A stretch of DNA of 64,000 bases from Octopus vulgaris (Eukaryota). Where the stretch lies: the NCBI GenBank assembly GCA_951406725.2, contig OX597823.1, positions 48,236,001 through 48,300,000 on the forward strand, in the 5' to 3' direction. The position numbers and the translations under genes are program-made. Positions 1-12,120 of the stretch are shown in pieces. Below the pieces are notes generated by a model. It was not told where the DNA came from. It saw nothing but the letters and a program-made list of their open reading frames with translations, and searched no databases. Within the stretch, counting starts at the first letter, position 1. The number at the start of each line of letters is the position of its first letter.

Positions 1-79
1 ATACCAACCTCCCGTCTCCATTGCCACTGGTGTTATCCAAGGGATGAACAAAAGCCTGTACAGCTTGGCACCAGTGATG

Positions 80-228
80 TCACAACTCATTTCTACAGCT
101 GAATGAACTGGAGCAAAATGAAATAAAGTGTCTTGCTCAAGAACACAACACATAGCCCAGTCCGGGATTCGAACTCATTACTTCATGATTATTAACCTGA
201 TGTTCTAACTGCTGAGCCATACACCTCC
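80..228 (-). mobile_element. tRNA-derived SINE, family 1 (CORE-like central domain), 5' part
   Basis: Minus strand reads TGGCTCAGCAGTTAG (A box)...GAGTTCGAATCCC (B box)...GTGTTCTTGAGCAAGACACTTTATTTC; homologous copies at ~24.0, 24.3, 33.0, 45.6, 48.3, 48.4 and 51.9 kb. Confidence 0.8.
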
Positions 229-429
229 CTTAATCTATTTGTAGCCTTATCGATAATTTTAATTCTAACTCTAAATGTAACCCTAATGGTGCTGTGAAGA
301 AACAAGTAGGGGTTTGTAGGGCTCCAATAGGAGGAATTCTCCCTCAGTGGTTTGCAGTGGCTTTGAACCTGGATACAGGTAGCAGCAAAGCAAACTGTTT
401 CATCCATAAATATGTGTTTATAGATGAAA

Positions 430-720
430 GGTAGGAGGGGGGAGTGGAAGAGAGGATAGGGAGAAAGAGAAGGAAAGGGAGAGGAAGAGGAAAGGGGGAG
501 AGATATATATATACGAGGGAGAAAGAGAGAGAGAGAGGAAAAAAGGAAGGAAGAGAGCAAAATGAGAGAGAGAGAGAGATGAGTAGGAGAGAGCCAGGAA
601 AAAAGGGACGGAAGAGAGCAGAGAGAGAGAGAGAGAGCAGGGAGGGAATGAGAGGGGAAGGAGAGACAGAAGAGAAAGAGAGAGTGTGAGTGAGAGAGAG
701 TTAAAACAGGGAGAGGAAGT
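430..720. repeat. (GA)-rich polypurine low-complexity tract
   Basis: Nearly pure G/A, (GA)n runs. Confidence 0.9.
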
Positions 721-1014
721 GGAGAGCGATGTGTAGGAGGGAATTATTCTGAAGAAGCTTATGAAGGAAAAATATACTTTGAAAATTTAAAAAAAAGAAA
801 TATGAAATTAACAGAAATCAAGATATAATTGATTTTCTCTGTCTTTAAAATTTTACATATGTAATGACTATGGGTGTGTATATAATATTAGTGTATACAT
901 ATGAATGCTTTCAGTACAATCTTCAAAGTTGCAGCTGCCTGTTCGTGAAGCATCTGTCTCATCAAACATGTTAAAAGTTACCAAGGAAATAAGATTTACA
1001 AGAAACAGATTGTT

Positions 1015-1030
1015 TAGTGTGTCTTTGGGT

Positions 1031-1077
<47 letters not shown>

Positions 1078-2332
1078 AGGGGTAGTAAGGGAAGTGAGAG
1101 TAAGAGAGAGAGATAGAGAAAAAGAGTGTGTGTGTATGTGTGTGTGTGTGTGTGTGTGTATGTGTGTGTGTGTGTGTGTATGTTTGTGAGAGGGGGAGTG
1201 AGGAAGAGAGAGTAAGAGAGAGAGAGAGAGTATGTGTGTGTGTTAGTGTGTGTGTGTGTGTGAATGTGTGTATGTGTCTGCGGGTGTGCTTGCACATGTG
1301 AATGCGTATGTGTGTGTGTGATAGTGTGTATGTGTGAATGTGTGTATGTGTCTGTGAGTGTGCTTGCATGTGTGAATGCATGTATGGTGCGTGTGTGTGT
1401 GTGTGTATGTGTGAGGGGGAGTGGGGGAAGCAAGAGTAAGAGAGAGAGAGTGTGTGTGTGTGTGTGTATGAATGTGTGTATGTGTCTGTAGGTGTGTAAC
1501 TGTGTATATGTGTGTACATGAGTCTGTGTGTGTGTGAGAGAGGAGAGTGGGAGGAAAGAGAGAGAAAGAGTGAGGGAGTGTGTGTGTGTGTGTGTGTGCT
1601 TGAATGTGTATATGTGTCTGTGGGTGTGTATGCACGTGTGAATGTATGTGTGTGAGTTGTGTGTAAGGGGTGGGTGGTTGGTTGGTGGAAAAGAGAGTAA
1701 GAGAGAGAAACAATGTGTGTGTTTTAGTGCATATGTGTGAATGTATGTATGTGTCTGTAAGTGCGTATATACATATGAACATGTATGTGTGTGTGCATGA
1801 GTCCATGTGTGTGAGAGGTAGAGGGGGAAGAGAGAGAGAGAGAGACAGAGAGAGAAAGTGTGTGCATAAGTTTGTGTGTGTTTGTGTTCGTGTGTATATG
1901 TATGTATGAGAGTATGCAGGAGGAGAGAGAGAGAGAGAGAGTGTGTGTATGAGTGTGATTGTGGATGTGTGCAGGTGCATGTGTTTGAGCATGTGCATGT
2001 ATTCACGTGTGTGTTCGTATGTGTTTAAATGTGTTCATATGAGTTTGCATGTGTGTGTGTGTGTGAGAGAAGAGGGAGAGAGACAGTGTGTTTGTGTGTG
2101 TGTGTGTGGAAAAAGAGACAGTGTGTTTGTGCGAGTGTGCATGTGTGAGGGATGAATGCATGTGTATATGTGCATGTGTCTGTGTATGCGTGTGTATATT
2201 TGAAGGAAGAATATGTGTTTGTGTGTGTGGCTGTGTGTGGGTGTGTGCATGTTTGAAAGAAGAATGTGTGTGTGTTTCCGTGTGTGTATGTACATGTGTG
2301 AGGGAAGAATGCATATGTATATGTGTACGTGT

Positions 2333-2367
<35 letters not shown>

Positions 2368-2370
2368 TAA
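1015..2370. repeat. Compound (TG)n/(GA)n microsatellite block with degenerate repeated modules
   Basis: Alternating (TG)n runs and gagag...agagtaagagagag modules; source of the His/Thr and Cys/Val ORFs. Confidence 0.9.
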
Positions 2371-2794
2371 ACGAAAAGGCATGGATTGAGTGAGAAGAGA
2401 GAACATTTCAGCAAACAAAATACAATTATCCAGCTAATAGTTTTCAATATTTTGTCATATGGAAGTTATTATACAAGTAATATTACCATTATTTGTTTGC
2501 CTCTGAATTTTCTTACCATTTCTATATAATGTAGAAGGGGAAGAAAAAAAATGTTATTTCTTTTTTTTTTTGCTACCTACTTTAATTCTGCAATTATATG
2601 ACACAATAGCATTCTCTTGCAGTTTTGGAAAGCACTGTACCAAACTCTGTCTCATTGTATTCAAAATTTCTACTCAAGCTCTCATTTCATTCCCCTGGAC
2701 TTAGACATGGCAGTCAATGAACTGTCTTTGATGAAATTTCTTTGACCATACTTAAATTCTTTGCACTAAAAATGCAATGATAATGTTTAACAGT

Positions 2795-3190
2795 AAAGAT
2801 ATATATATATATGCATTTATCATGTATGTATGTATGTATGTATGCATGTATGCATGCATGTATGTATGTGTATATGTATGTGTGTATATATGTATGTCTG
2901 TCTGTATGTATGTATTTAGGTATGTGTACGTATGTCTGTATGTATGTGTGAGTGTATGCATGTATGTGTGTATGTATGCATGTATGTATGTATATGTCCA
3001 TGTGTGTATGTATATATATGTGTATGTATGTATATGTATATGTGTGTGTATATATGTCTGTCTGTCTGTATGTATGCATGTATGTATGTATGTATGCATG
3101 TATGTATGCATGAAAGTATGCATGTATATGTTCATATGTATTTATGTGTATGTATGCATATGTATATGTATGTAAGTGTGCATGTGTGTA
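2795..3190. repeat. (TATG)n degenerate microsatellite
   Basis: Direct inspection. Confidence 0.9.
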
Positions 3191-3433
3191 CTGTGGGGGT
3201 GGGGGATTGTGGGGGATGCACTTTTGTATGTGTGTATGAATGTAGAAAGAGACTAAGAAAAAGTTGGGTACTCATCGTACTTTTATAAATGACAATTTCA
3301 TATTCTAAAGAAAAACTGACTATTGTCAGACTTAAGCAATAAATTTCTTGCATTAAATATCCCTGGGAAATTTTCCTGTGCCATTAATTTAAATTGTGTC
3401 ACCAAAGAATTTTTTTTCACTCGGAATTATTAC

Positions 3434-3610
3434 CCCACCTCCACCACCACTACCACCGACATCACCATCATCACAACCACAACCACCACCATCTTCACAA
3501 CCACAACTACCACCACCACCACAACCACCACCACTGCCACGACCATCACCATCACTGCCTCCACCACTACCATCACTTCCACCACCACCACCATCACCTC
3601 CACCACCATC
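3434..3610. repeat. (CAC/CAT)n trinucleotide microsatellite
   Basis: Direct inspection; gives poly-T/H/P ORFs in all three frames. Confidence 0.9.
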
Positions 3611-4015
3611 TCTCAGTCATCCTAAATCCTGGCACTTACATGTAAGACAATGCTTTTACTAAAGAGGTATAATGAGACTGAAACATGTCCCAAGTTGTCA
3701 CATTACTTATCAAAAATCAGATTAATTTTCTATTGCTCTGAGTGACTTGATGCAGGACATCACAGAATTCATCAGTAAAATAGCTATGCAGAAATGGGCT
3801 CTTACCATTAATGCCTCACATAGAAAGATATTTACTCCATTTTGATTTGATTCATAGACAAACTCTTGAAAATGAAATGCAAGTAATATATAAAGCAAGA
3901 AGTCAAGATATTTTCTGATAAACATTATTAAACACAAATATTATTAACCCTCTTATAGTGGAACGAAGATATTACCCTTAACTGCAGAAGGCAGTTTTTG
4001 TTGTGGAATAACACA

Positions 4016-4271
4016 TTTGAAACTATTAATAGTTATCGCCAAGCCAATATGGCAGTCCATAAATATAGGACGAATGCTGCCATTGATTAGCTCCAAGAGG
4101 CCATCGCCTCTAGCTAGCTAATCACCTCTTGGAGCTAATCAACGGCAGCATTCGTATTATATTTATGGACTGCTATATTGGCTTGGCGATAACTATTAAT
4201 ATCCAGTACCACTGCCGTAGTCTCCTTTAGAGAGACTTAGAAATAATAATATTTCTACGTTTGAAACTATT
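4016..4271 (+). mobile_element. Fold-back insert from a PLE terminal repeat (same family as 44527-45000)
   Basis: 76-bp inverted arms 4025-4100/4125-4200; flanked by direct repeat tttgaaactatt (4016-4027, 4260-4271); right arm plus tail matches 44885-45000 and 44570-44655. Confidence 0.7.
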
Positions 4272-6344
4272 TTCTGTTTAAACATGTCGAGTTTACTGAG
4301 GCAACAAAACTTAGTGAAATTACTAAATTCTATTTTTTGGTAGACGTTTACTGGAATAAGCATGAAATTCAAATTTGTAGTTAAAGGTTAAGCATTACAA
4401 ATTCATAAACAAGAAATGCTGCGAGCAACATATGTTGTCAGAGCCAAGACTCGTGTGCTAAAAGAAGAGAAAGCGAAAACTGAACTAGGATGGTGAAGGC
4501 ATGACACAGAAACAAAGCAACAATTTGATCTTTGACAAATCTGAAAAGACTTTTGCTACTTGATTTCAAGCAGATGTGTCTGTTTTTGCGTCAGCCCTTC
4601 ACTCAACTCTGAGTAGATTTCTTGTCCTTTTTCAATCTCAGATTATTTATAAATATATTGGTAGTTTATATTAACAAACAAAGTTACTCATCTTATAATA
4701 ATTATATTCCCAAACAAGACGATGCTCCACTTTGCCTTGGCTGTGCTGGCTAAAACAAATGAAAGAATTTCTCATTCACATTTAACCTACAAATGTTCAC
4801 CCTCTTTTCTAACAAGAATTCTAGTTTTCTGACAACAAATTCAATCTGCTAATTACTCATTGCTTTCAATTATTTCCTTTAACACTACTTTCAGGAGGAA
4901 CTGGTTCAAGTATCATTTGAAGCTATAGGGTTTAAAGAATCTTCTATGCATTGATTTAATCTTAATAATTCTCATCACTTTACAAAAAACATTTTTCGAA
5001 TTCAAAAGCAATAACAAAATAAAACAACCTTTCTTTCTGCTTTTCTTTTAACCAATGTCTTAACAGCTACTTTAGATAGCTTTGGGCAGCCATTACTAGG
5101 TAGTACTAAACTTAAATAATCTGCCAACAAATCAACTCTTACACATCTTTTAAAAACATGTACAATATTTTGTCTTTCTCGAGTGAATACTCTTCATTCT
5201 TCAAATTAGTAATTTACAATTTTTTTCAATTTTTCAACAATATTCCCTCAATCATGCACACATCTGCATCTTCCTCTTCTCTTACAAGGCCTTCACAATA
5301 TAAAGCACTTAAAGATGTGCTTGGCATCTTCATTTGCATAAAAACATAAAACCTATACATATCCAGAAAACTGAATCATACCATATTCATAAGTTGCAGT
5401 TTGCCATGTGGAATTCTACAGGGAGGAATCGTTTCATCGGTTTAGTGTCTAGTGATTCTGTCTGAAACTACTTAGCAACCATGCTTCTCACAACCCAAAC
5501 CCACTTCTACACAGAACACCATCACATCTCCTTATCTCTACTTCTGTCTGCAACCACTAACATTACCACTGGAACAACAATACACTTCACAAGCCCAACA
5601 AACCAAGCCATCCCACCTTCATCACTTGCATTTGTCCCACTCATCTCAAGACCACATTTACTCATACACAATCACACATGCACACACACACACACACACA
5701 CATGCACATGCATTCATGCACTCATACTTGCATGCACACACACATACACATACATGCGCACACACACAAAAGAAGAACACAAAAGAAGTTCACAACAGCT
5801 GTTTCAGCAGAATTTTATTGATGCATTCTTAGATTACATCATGGCAAAACCCAAAACCCACCATCTTCAGGTAAATTTTAAACATAAATAAAGCGGAAAT
5901 AGAAGGTGACCAGTTCACTATCAACTATAGTGGAACAGACTATGAGTATATTTATGCATATAGATATGGGGAATTAATGCAGAACTTATAGCTTTTGTAC
6001 ATTGACTAACATTATTGGTGCATGAGGTAATGTACCTACATATTTACATAAAAACCTAGAAAAGGCAAAAGAAACTGATAGGGTTTACTCCAAATCCAAT
6101 CTATTAGTGGCACAGTGAAGATTTGCAAGACTTTCTGAAGATTCTCAAACTGAGATTCTTTACGTGAATAGATACACACACTTGGGTGTATGCATTGGCA
6201 CTTCTCAACTCAACCACATATTTACAAATGCTGGGAATGCTCTTAACTCAAAAAAGCCTCAACGCTTTGTTATCAGCTGGCTTGAACTCTCTCAAGAAGA
6301 ACCTAAATAAAACTCAATGGAAAACATACATACATACACACACA

Positions 6345-6550
6345 CAAGGGGTACTGAAAAGTTCTTGGCTTTGGGTAAAAGAAAATACAGAAGGATCAGT
6401 TAATTATGATTTTATTCAACATATTCCCCTCTCAGATTCTCACACATATTGCAGTGGTCCTTCAGTTTTCCAAGCCCTGTAAAAGAGCTCAGAAGTTTTG
6501 GCCTCCAACTAGGCCTTTCATGATACCCTTAAAGTCAGGAACTTTAGCAT
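6345..6550. mobile_element. Tc1/mariner-type MITE
   Basis: Degenerate TIRs ...gtactgaaaagttcttggcttt / aaagtcaggaactttagca. Confidence 0.55.
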
Positions 6551-7189
6551 GTTGTTCCTATAAGAGTGCAACTTGTTCTTCAGTTACAAAAAATTTGGCT
6601 GGCATTTCAAAGGTTAAATGGTAATAAGTATCAATTCCATTCACAATAACCATTGATATGATAATGTTTCTTGGCAATTGTAGAACTCTGCAGAAATTAC
6701 GGAGTAATATTTGTCTAGTATTTAAGAACTGGTTTAACAATCCTTTTATCTTGTACCACAATATCAAAACTGATACATCATCAGAGCTCACAAGAATATC
6801 AATAACTTCTTACCAACCCACAGTTATTAAAACTAGCTCCATTTCAAGATAAAGTCCGCTTAAATTTCAGATGACCAATATTTCAATAATCAGATTTAAA
6901 GATCATGCAATTAGCTTTACATATAATGGTTTGTGCTCTAATTCTTCAAGTGAGTTGAATAAAGGTGTAGTGGATACAAATATTAGAAAGTTATAATAAA
7001 AGTATAAGCGGACAATTCCTTTCTTTTCTAGTTTCAACTATCTGTCTTCTTGTTTAATTTCTTTGAAATTCTGAGCTATTCTATAGATGAACTTTCATCT
7101 TAAGTAATTAACTTTGCATTAAATGTTTGATACAGAATTAACAATGTGGATCATCACTATGATCCCACATCCATCTCCCACTCCACAAC

Positions 7190-7197
7190 ATCATCAC

Positions 7198-7256
<59 letters not shown>

Positions 7257-7485
7257 CCCCCACATCGCCATCATCAGTGTAATATCTGCATAGCAGTACA
7301 TTTTCATGAGACGTGTATCGTGTATCTGTAATCATCTGTGAAGTTTAATTTCCTTAGTCTAGAATATAATGAATTCATTTCTTTTGACCAGCTTCTATCC
7401 TGATACAACTGCAGGAAGCATCACAATCATATGCACATACACACATACATACACACATACATACATACATACATACATACATACA

Positions 7486-7517
<32 letters not shown>

Positions 7518-7790
7518 CACCCACACACACACATACGCGCACATACATACACAGATGCAAGCATACATATATGCCCACATTCACACATACAAACATTCAT
7601 ATATGTTGTTTTGATTATTTTAACCATAATAACCCAGGCCATACTGGAATACCATTGACATACATGGAATCATAAAATTATCTATTAACAAACTTACTGA
7701 CAGATCATTCCAGTACATTTCATATATATATATATGTATGTATGCATGTGTGTGTATGTATGTATGTATGTATGTATGTATGTATGTATG

Positions 7791-7821
<31 letters not shown>

Positions 7822-7830
7822 GTATGCATA
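7190..7830. repeat. (CAT)n, (TACA)n and (TATG)n microsatellites
   Basis: Direct inspection. Confidence 0.9.
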
Positions 7831-7835
7831 TAAGT

Positions 7836-8240
7836 ATATAATTAATTAATAAGGGTGAGAGAATTAGATACTAATTTAATAGTATATTTATTCCACACCA
7901 AGTGGCCTAGTGCTACGAGAAACCTGGATTATTATAATATTTTATAACATATTATAATATTTTCACAAAATAAATATAAGAGAGTGGTCACTATATTGAT
8001 CACTCTAGCACCAGTTAATCCAAAAGGTTTCAACCACGAAAATACATGTTTCCCATGAAAGCCAGTACGACTGTTAGCTCATACGGACAGGGCAAATAAA
8101 AAATAACAAAAATACAGATTATTTTGGGACAATTGTTTCGCTATTAATGAATTAAATGTAATATTACTTACAATAATCCATTTGTAGCTCGTCAGCCAAG
8201 ACTATCTGGATGAAATCCACTCAATCACACGCCAAAAATT
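7836..8240 (-). mobile_element. PLE-like terminal repeat fragment carrying a hammerhead ribozyme
   Basis: Abuts a TA/TATG array; contains the HHR at 8124-8199; aagtggcctag terminal motif shared with the 56987-57131 element. Confidence 0.55.
8124..8199 (-). ncRNA. Type I hammerhead ribozyme, intact core
   Basis: Minus strand: TTGG-CTGACGA-GCTA...TAGC-GAAAC-AATT-GTC-CCAA; stem I TTGG/CCAA, extended stem II, palindromic stem III ACAATTGT, GUC cleavage triplet. Confidence 0.85.
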
Positions 8241-8552
8241 CATATATATATCAAAAGGATATGTTATAATACTATTCCACAGCCATACCAACAATCCAAC
8301 ATACCTCCATCATCAGCTGCCATATGGATATCATTATGGTTTCGACACCTGGGCAGTACCATTCAACCTAGCAGTGTCAACAGCACTAAAATAAGTGTTG
8401 TTTGGGAACAAATAAACAAACCAAAGAAACCACAACTTTCAAACACATTTACTCACTCTACAACCGTATATATACGCACTAACATCAGTAAGTACATAAA
8501 TGCAAAACAAGGTGGAAAAAATAGTATTTGAATACTGAAGGCATTGATCACA

Positions 8553-8592
8553 ACTGTCTAATGAACGGGAACATGAAACTCTGAGTAACAGT
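8553..8592 (+). ncRNA. Minimal type I hammerhead ribozyme, degenerate
   Basis: ACTGT-CTaATGA-ACGGGAACaT-GAAACTC-T-GAGTA-ACAGT; stem I ACTGT/ACAGT, stem III ACTC/GAGT, GUA site; G5->A in core and one stem II mismatch. Confidence 0.7.
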
Positions 8593-8713
8593 CTTTTTGT
8601 ATGATTTTGTAACTTTAAAAAAAAAAGTATCTATATATATATATATACCGGAGTAAACACATAAATGTGAAACAAGGTGGAAAAAAGAGTACTCAAATAC
8701 CAGTGGTAGAGTA

Positions 8714-8835
8714 ATATGCTTTATTTAAAGCAGCAGAAAATTCAACAAAACCTGTTACTCTGAGTTTCCTGCTGCAACGGGGAACTCAGAGTAACAGGTT
8801 TTGTTGAATTTTCTGCTGCTTTAAATAAAGTATAT
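8714..8835. repeat. ~56-bp-arm near-perfect inverted repeat of the same HHR-bearing PLE terminus
   Basis: gctttatttaaagcagcagaaaattcaacaaaacctgttactctgagtt / aactcagagtaacaggttttgttgaattttctgctgctttaaataaag; the flank 8660-8700 repeats 8495-8535. Confidence 0.9.
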
Positions 8836-8841
8836 ATATAT

Positions 8842-10157
8842 ATCATCATCATCATCATCATCGTTTAGTGTCCGCTTTCCATGCTAGCATGGGTTGGACG
8901 GGTCAACTGGGGTCTGTGAAGCTGGAAGGCTTCGTCAGGCCCAGTCAGATCTGGCAGTGTTTCTACGGCTCGATGCCCTTCCTAACGCCAACCACTCCGC
9001 GAGTGTAGTGGGTGTTTTTACGTGCCACCTGCACAGGTGCCAGACAGACCTAGCGAACGGCCACGAACGGATGGTGCTTTTACGTGTCACCGGCACGGGG
9101 CCAGGCAATGCTGGCAACGGACACGAACGGATGGTGCTTTTACGTGCCACCGACACGGGGCCAGACAGAGCTGGCAACCAGCCACGAACGGACGGTGCTT
9201 TTACGTGTCACTGGCATGGGGGCCAGCCGAGGCTGGCAACGGACGCGAACGGATGGTGCTTTTACGTGCCACCAACACGGTTGCCAGACAGAGCTGGCAA
9301 ACGGCCACGAACGGATGGTGCTTTTACGTGTCACCGGCACGGGGCCAGGCGATGCTGGCAACGGACACGAACGGATGGTGCTTTTACGTGCCACCGACAC
9401 GGGGCCAGACAGAGCTGGCAACCGGCCACGAACGGACGGTGCTTTTACGTGTCACCGGCACGGGGGCCAGCCGAGGCTGGCAACGGACGCGAACGGATGG
9501 TGCTTTTACGTGCCACCAACACGGTTGCCAGACAGAGCTGGCAAACGGCCACGAGCGGACGGTGCTTTTACGTGTCACCGGCACGGGGGCCAGCCGAGGC
9601 TGGCAACGAACACGGACGGATGGTGCTTTTACGTGCCACCGACACGAGGCCAGACAGAGCTGGCAAACGGCCACGAATGGATGGTGCTTTTACGTGCCAC
9701 CGACACGGGGCCAGACAGAGCTGGCCAACGGCCACGGACGGACGGTGCTTTTACGTGTCACTGGCACGGGGACAGGCGAGGCTGGCAACGAACACGAACA
9801 GATGGTGCTTTTACGTGCCACCGACACGGGGCCAGGCAGAGCTGGCAAACGGCCATGAGCGAATGGTGCTTTTACGTATCACCGGCACGGGTGCCAGACG
9901 AGGCTGACAGCGGACACGAACAGATGGGTCACTTAACCCCTGCTTTCTGATATATGATTTGATTTTGATTGTTCTCACTGGTCTTGCCGGGTCTTCTCAC
10001 GCACAGCATACTTCCATAGGTCTCGGTCTCTGGTCATTTCCTTGGTGAGACCTAGAGTTCGAAGGTCGTGCTTCACCACCTCGACCCAGGTTTTCCTGGG
10101 TCTACCTCTTCCACAGGTCCCCTCAACTGCCAGGGTGTGGCACTTTTTCACACACTT

Positions 10158-10162
<5 letters not shown>
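8842..10162 (-). mobile_element. RTE-clade LINE 3' end (ORF C-terminus, repeat-containing 3' UTR, (GAT)n tail)
   Basis: Minus-strand peptide VEGTCGRGRPRKTWVEVVKHDL...DRDLWKYAV is typical of the RTE C-terminus; 3' UTR ends ...AAACGATGATGAT. Confidence 0.85.
9010..9930. repeat. ~61-bp minisatellite, ~15 units, with dimer and 244-bp tetramer higher-order periodicity
   Basis: Unit gccagacagagctggcaaacggccacgaacggatggtgcttttacgtgYcaccgRcacggg; the block at 9061 recurs at 9305. Confidence 0.95.
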
Positions 10163-10200
<38 letters not shown>

Positions 10201-10420
10201 TGAGTGTATTTTTCCCTTGTTAACAATTAACACAGAAAAAATAGATAAATAGTTACCAGGGTATCAAAAAGTCACACAAGTAAAGAGGTTGTAACTCCTT
10301 GTTTTTTAAAGGTAGAAACTTCGGGTTTATGCGGAATTTTTTTGTGTCAGTTGTAAAAGTATTTGAATTATACCTGCGTTAAACTCCATATATATATATA
10401 TATATATACATACACACATC

Positions 10421-10542
10421 AGGTGTCTAAGAGTTTGTAAGTCAGGGAAAAGACGCACTCATATATTTGTCAATAGAGTGGGTATATTACTCAAAGTGTA
10501 CTGTATTATATATCCATCACGGCTGATCTTACTCATCAGCTT
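10421..10542 (-). ncRNA. Degenerate hammerhead-like motif with long stem II insertion
   Basis: Minus: CTGATGA-GTAAGaTCAG...CTGACTTAC-AAAC (G of GAAA missing; stems I/III decayed). Confidence 0.35.
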
Positions 10543-11011
10543 CGCACAAGGAATACGATGGAGTGTTAGGTAACAATCTGATTATATAACCTTACGTTCA
10601 TCAGAGTTAGCTGATATGGAAAGGAATATGGTGACTGTTCTTTGTTGTTGGAAGTGAATGGACACATCCATTTTGTAGTTACTATGAAAAAGATGGTGAA
10701 ACGAAAATGAGCAGGGGATTAGGTTTGGAGTTATGCCTCTTGATTGGGTTCACTGTAACACTGGTAAGAGTTATCTTGAAATGTTTGTGGGAAATGCATG
10801 TGTTATTAAGTATGGTGCTCCTTTGGGGGTGGAGTGTGTGATATGTGTAGTGGTATCATGTGTATAATTTTTTGCCAGGAGTGTAGGTATATATAATTGT
10901 GTTCATCAGTCTGTTTTCTTTCTGTATTGGTTAAGATCAGGGGGAGCTTTATGTTAGCGTGTAGGGGTACAATGTGTGTGGGAGGGGTTACATATGTAGG
11001 GGTATATATAT

Positions 11012-11420
11012 ATCATCATCATCATTATCGTTTAACGTCCATTTTCCATGCTGGCATGGGTTGGATGGTTCAACTAGGGTCTGGAAAGCCAGGAGGCTTC
11101 ATTAAACTCCAGTCTGATTGGGCAATGTTTCTACAGCTTGATGCCCTTCCTAATGCCAACCACTCCGAGAGTGTAGTGGCTGCTTTTTACGTGCCACCAG
11201 TATGGGAGCCAGTCAAGGCGGTGCTGTTATCGGCCACATTCAGATGTTACTTTTTACATGCTACTGGTACAGAAGCCAGTTGGGGTGAGGGGTCTGGCAT
11301 TGAACATGTTCAGATGGTACTTTTTATGTGCCAGCGGCATGGGGACCCCAACTACAATTTCCATTTGATTGTGATTTGATTTCATTTGATGTTGACGTAC
11401 TTGATGTACTTGACGTACTT
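11012..11420 (-). mobile_element. RTE LINE 3' UTR fragment
   Basis: Homologous to 8842-9100 with fewer internal repeats; (CAT)n tail on plus. Confidence 0.85.
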
Positions 11421-11529
11421 AATATCATATGTCATGTATATATATTTGTATATGTCTGTATACATACAGATTTAATATAAGTATATATATATGCATATAT
11501 ATATATATATATATACATCTGTGTGTATG

Positions 11530-11562
<33 letters not shown>

Positions 11563-11924
11563 GTATATAAGTATGCATGTATGCATGTATGTATGTATGT
11601 ATCTATCTATCTATATATCTATCTATCTACCTATCTATCTATACACACACACACACCAACATATTTTTCAGTGATATATATACACACACCACACTCACAT
11701 AAAGTAATCAAACACACACAAAAAGAAAAAATGTTAAATTCTGATCAATTGGGACCTCATTAACCACAGTTATTGTTTACATCTAGCAGCAAGTAGTTTA
11801 TATCTTCTTTCATTTTGTGTGTGTTGTAAAAACTGTTTACAATTCATGAAGAATCAATTGAGAAATGTACTAAACATCTCTTCATGTTAAAAACATAATT
11901 TATTTGACTAGAGTTCAATATGAG

Positions 11925-12008
11925 GTGTATACATACAAACATACATATATGCATACATACATACATACATACATACATACATACATACATACATACATAC
12001 ATACATAC

Positions 12009-12045
<37 letters not shown>

Positions 12046-12120
12046 CATACATACATACATACATACATACATACATACATACATACATACATACATACAT
12101 ACATACATACATACATACAA
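11925..12120. repeat. (TACA)n microsatellite
   Basis: Direct inspection. Confidence 0.95.

Noticed and set aside
905-3662. Many long ORFs rich in H/T, C/V, Y/I/M or poly-T/P (also at 7.1-7.8, 11.4-12.2, 15, 23, 25-26, 59.6-60 and 62-63.8 kb)
   Set aside because: Translations of microsatellites that lack stop codons; open in several frames with no domain content
8308-8350. Possible type II hammerhead (tcatcag...gtttc)
   Set aside because: No stem III/UH or stem II pairing can be formed
8894-9950. 337/288/278-aa overlapping ORFs; array superficially CRISPR-like
   Set aside because: Products of a GC-rich tandem repeat in a LINE 3' UTR; no unique spacers, no cas genes, eukaryotic context
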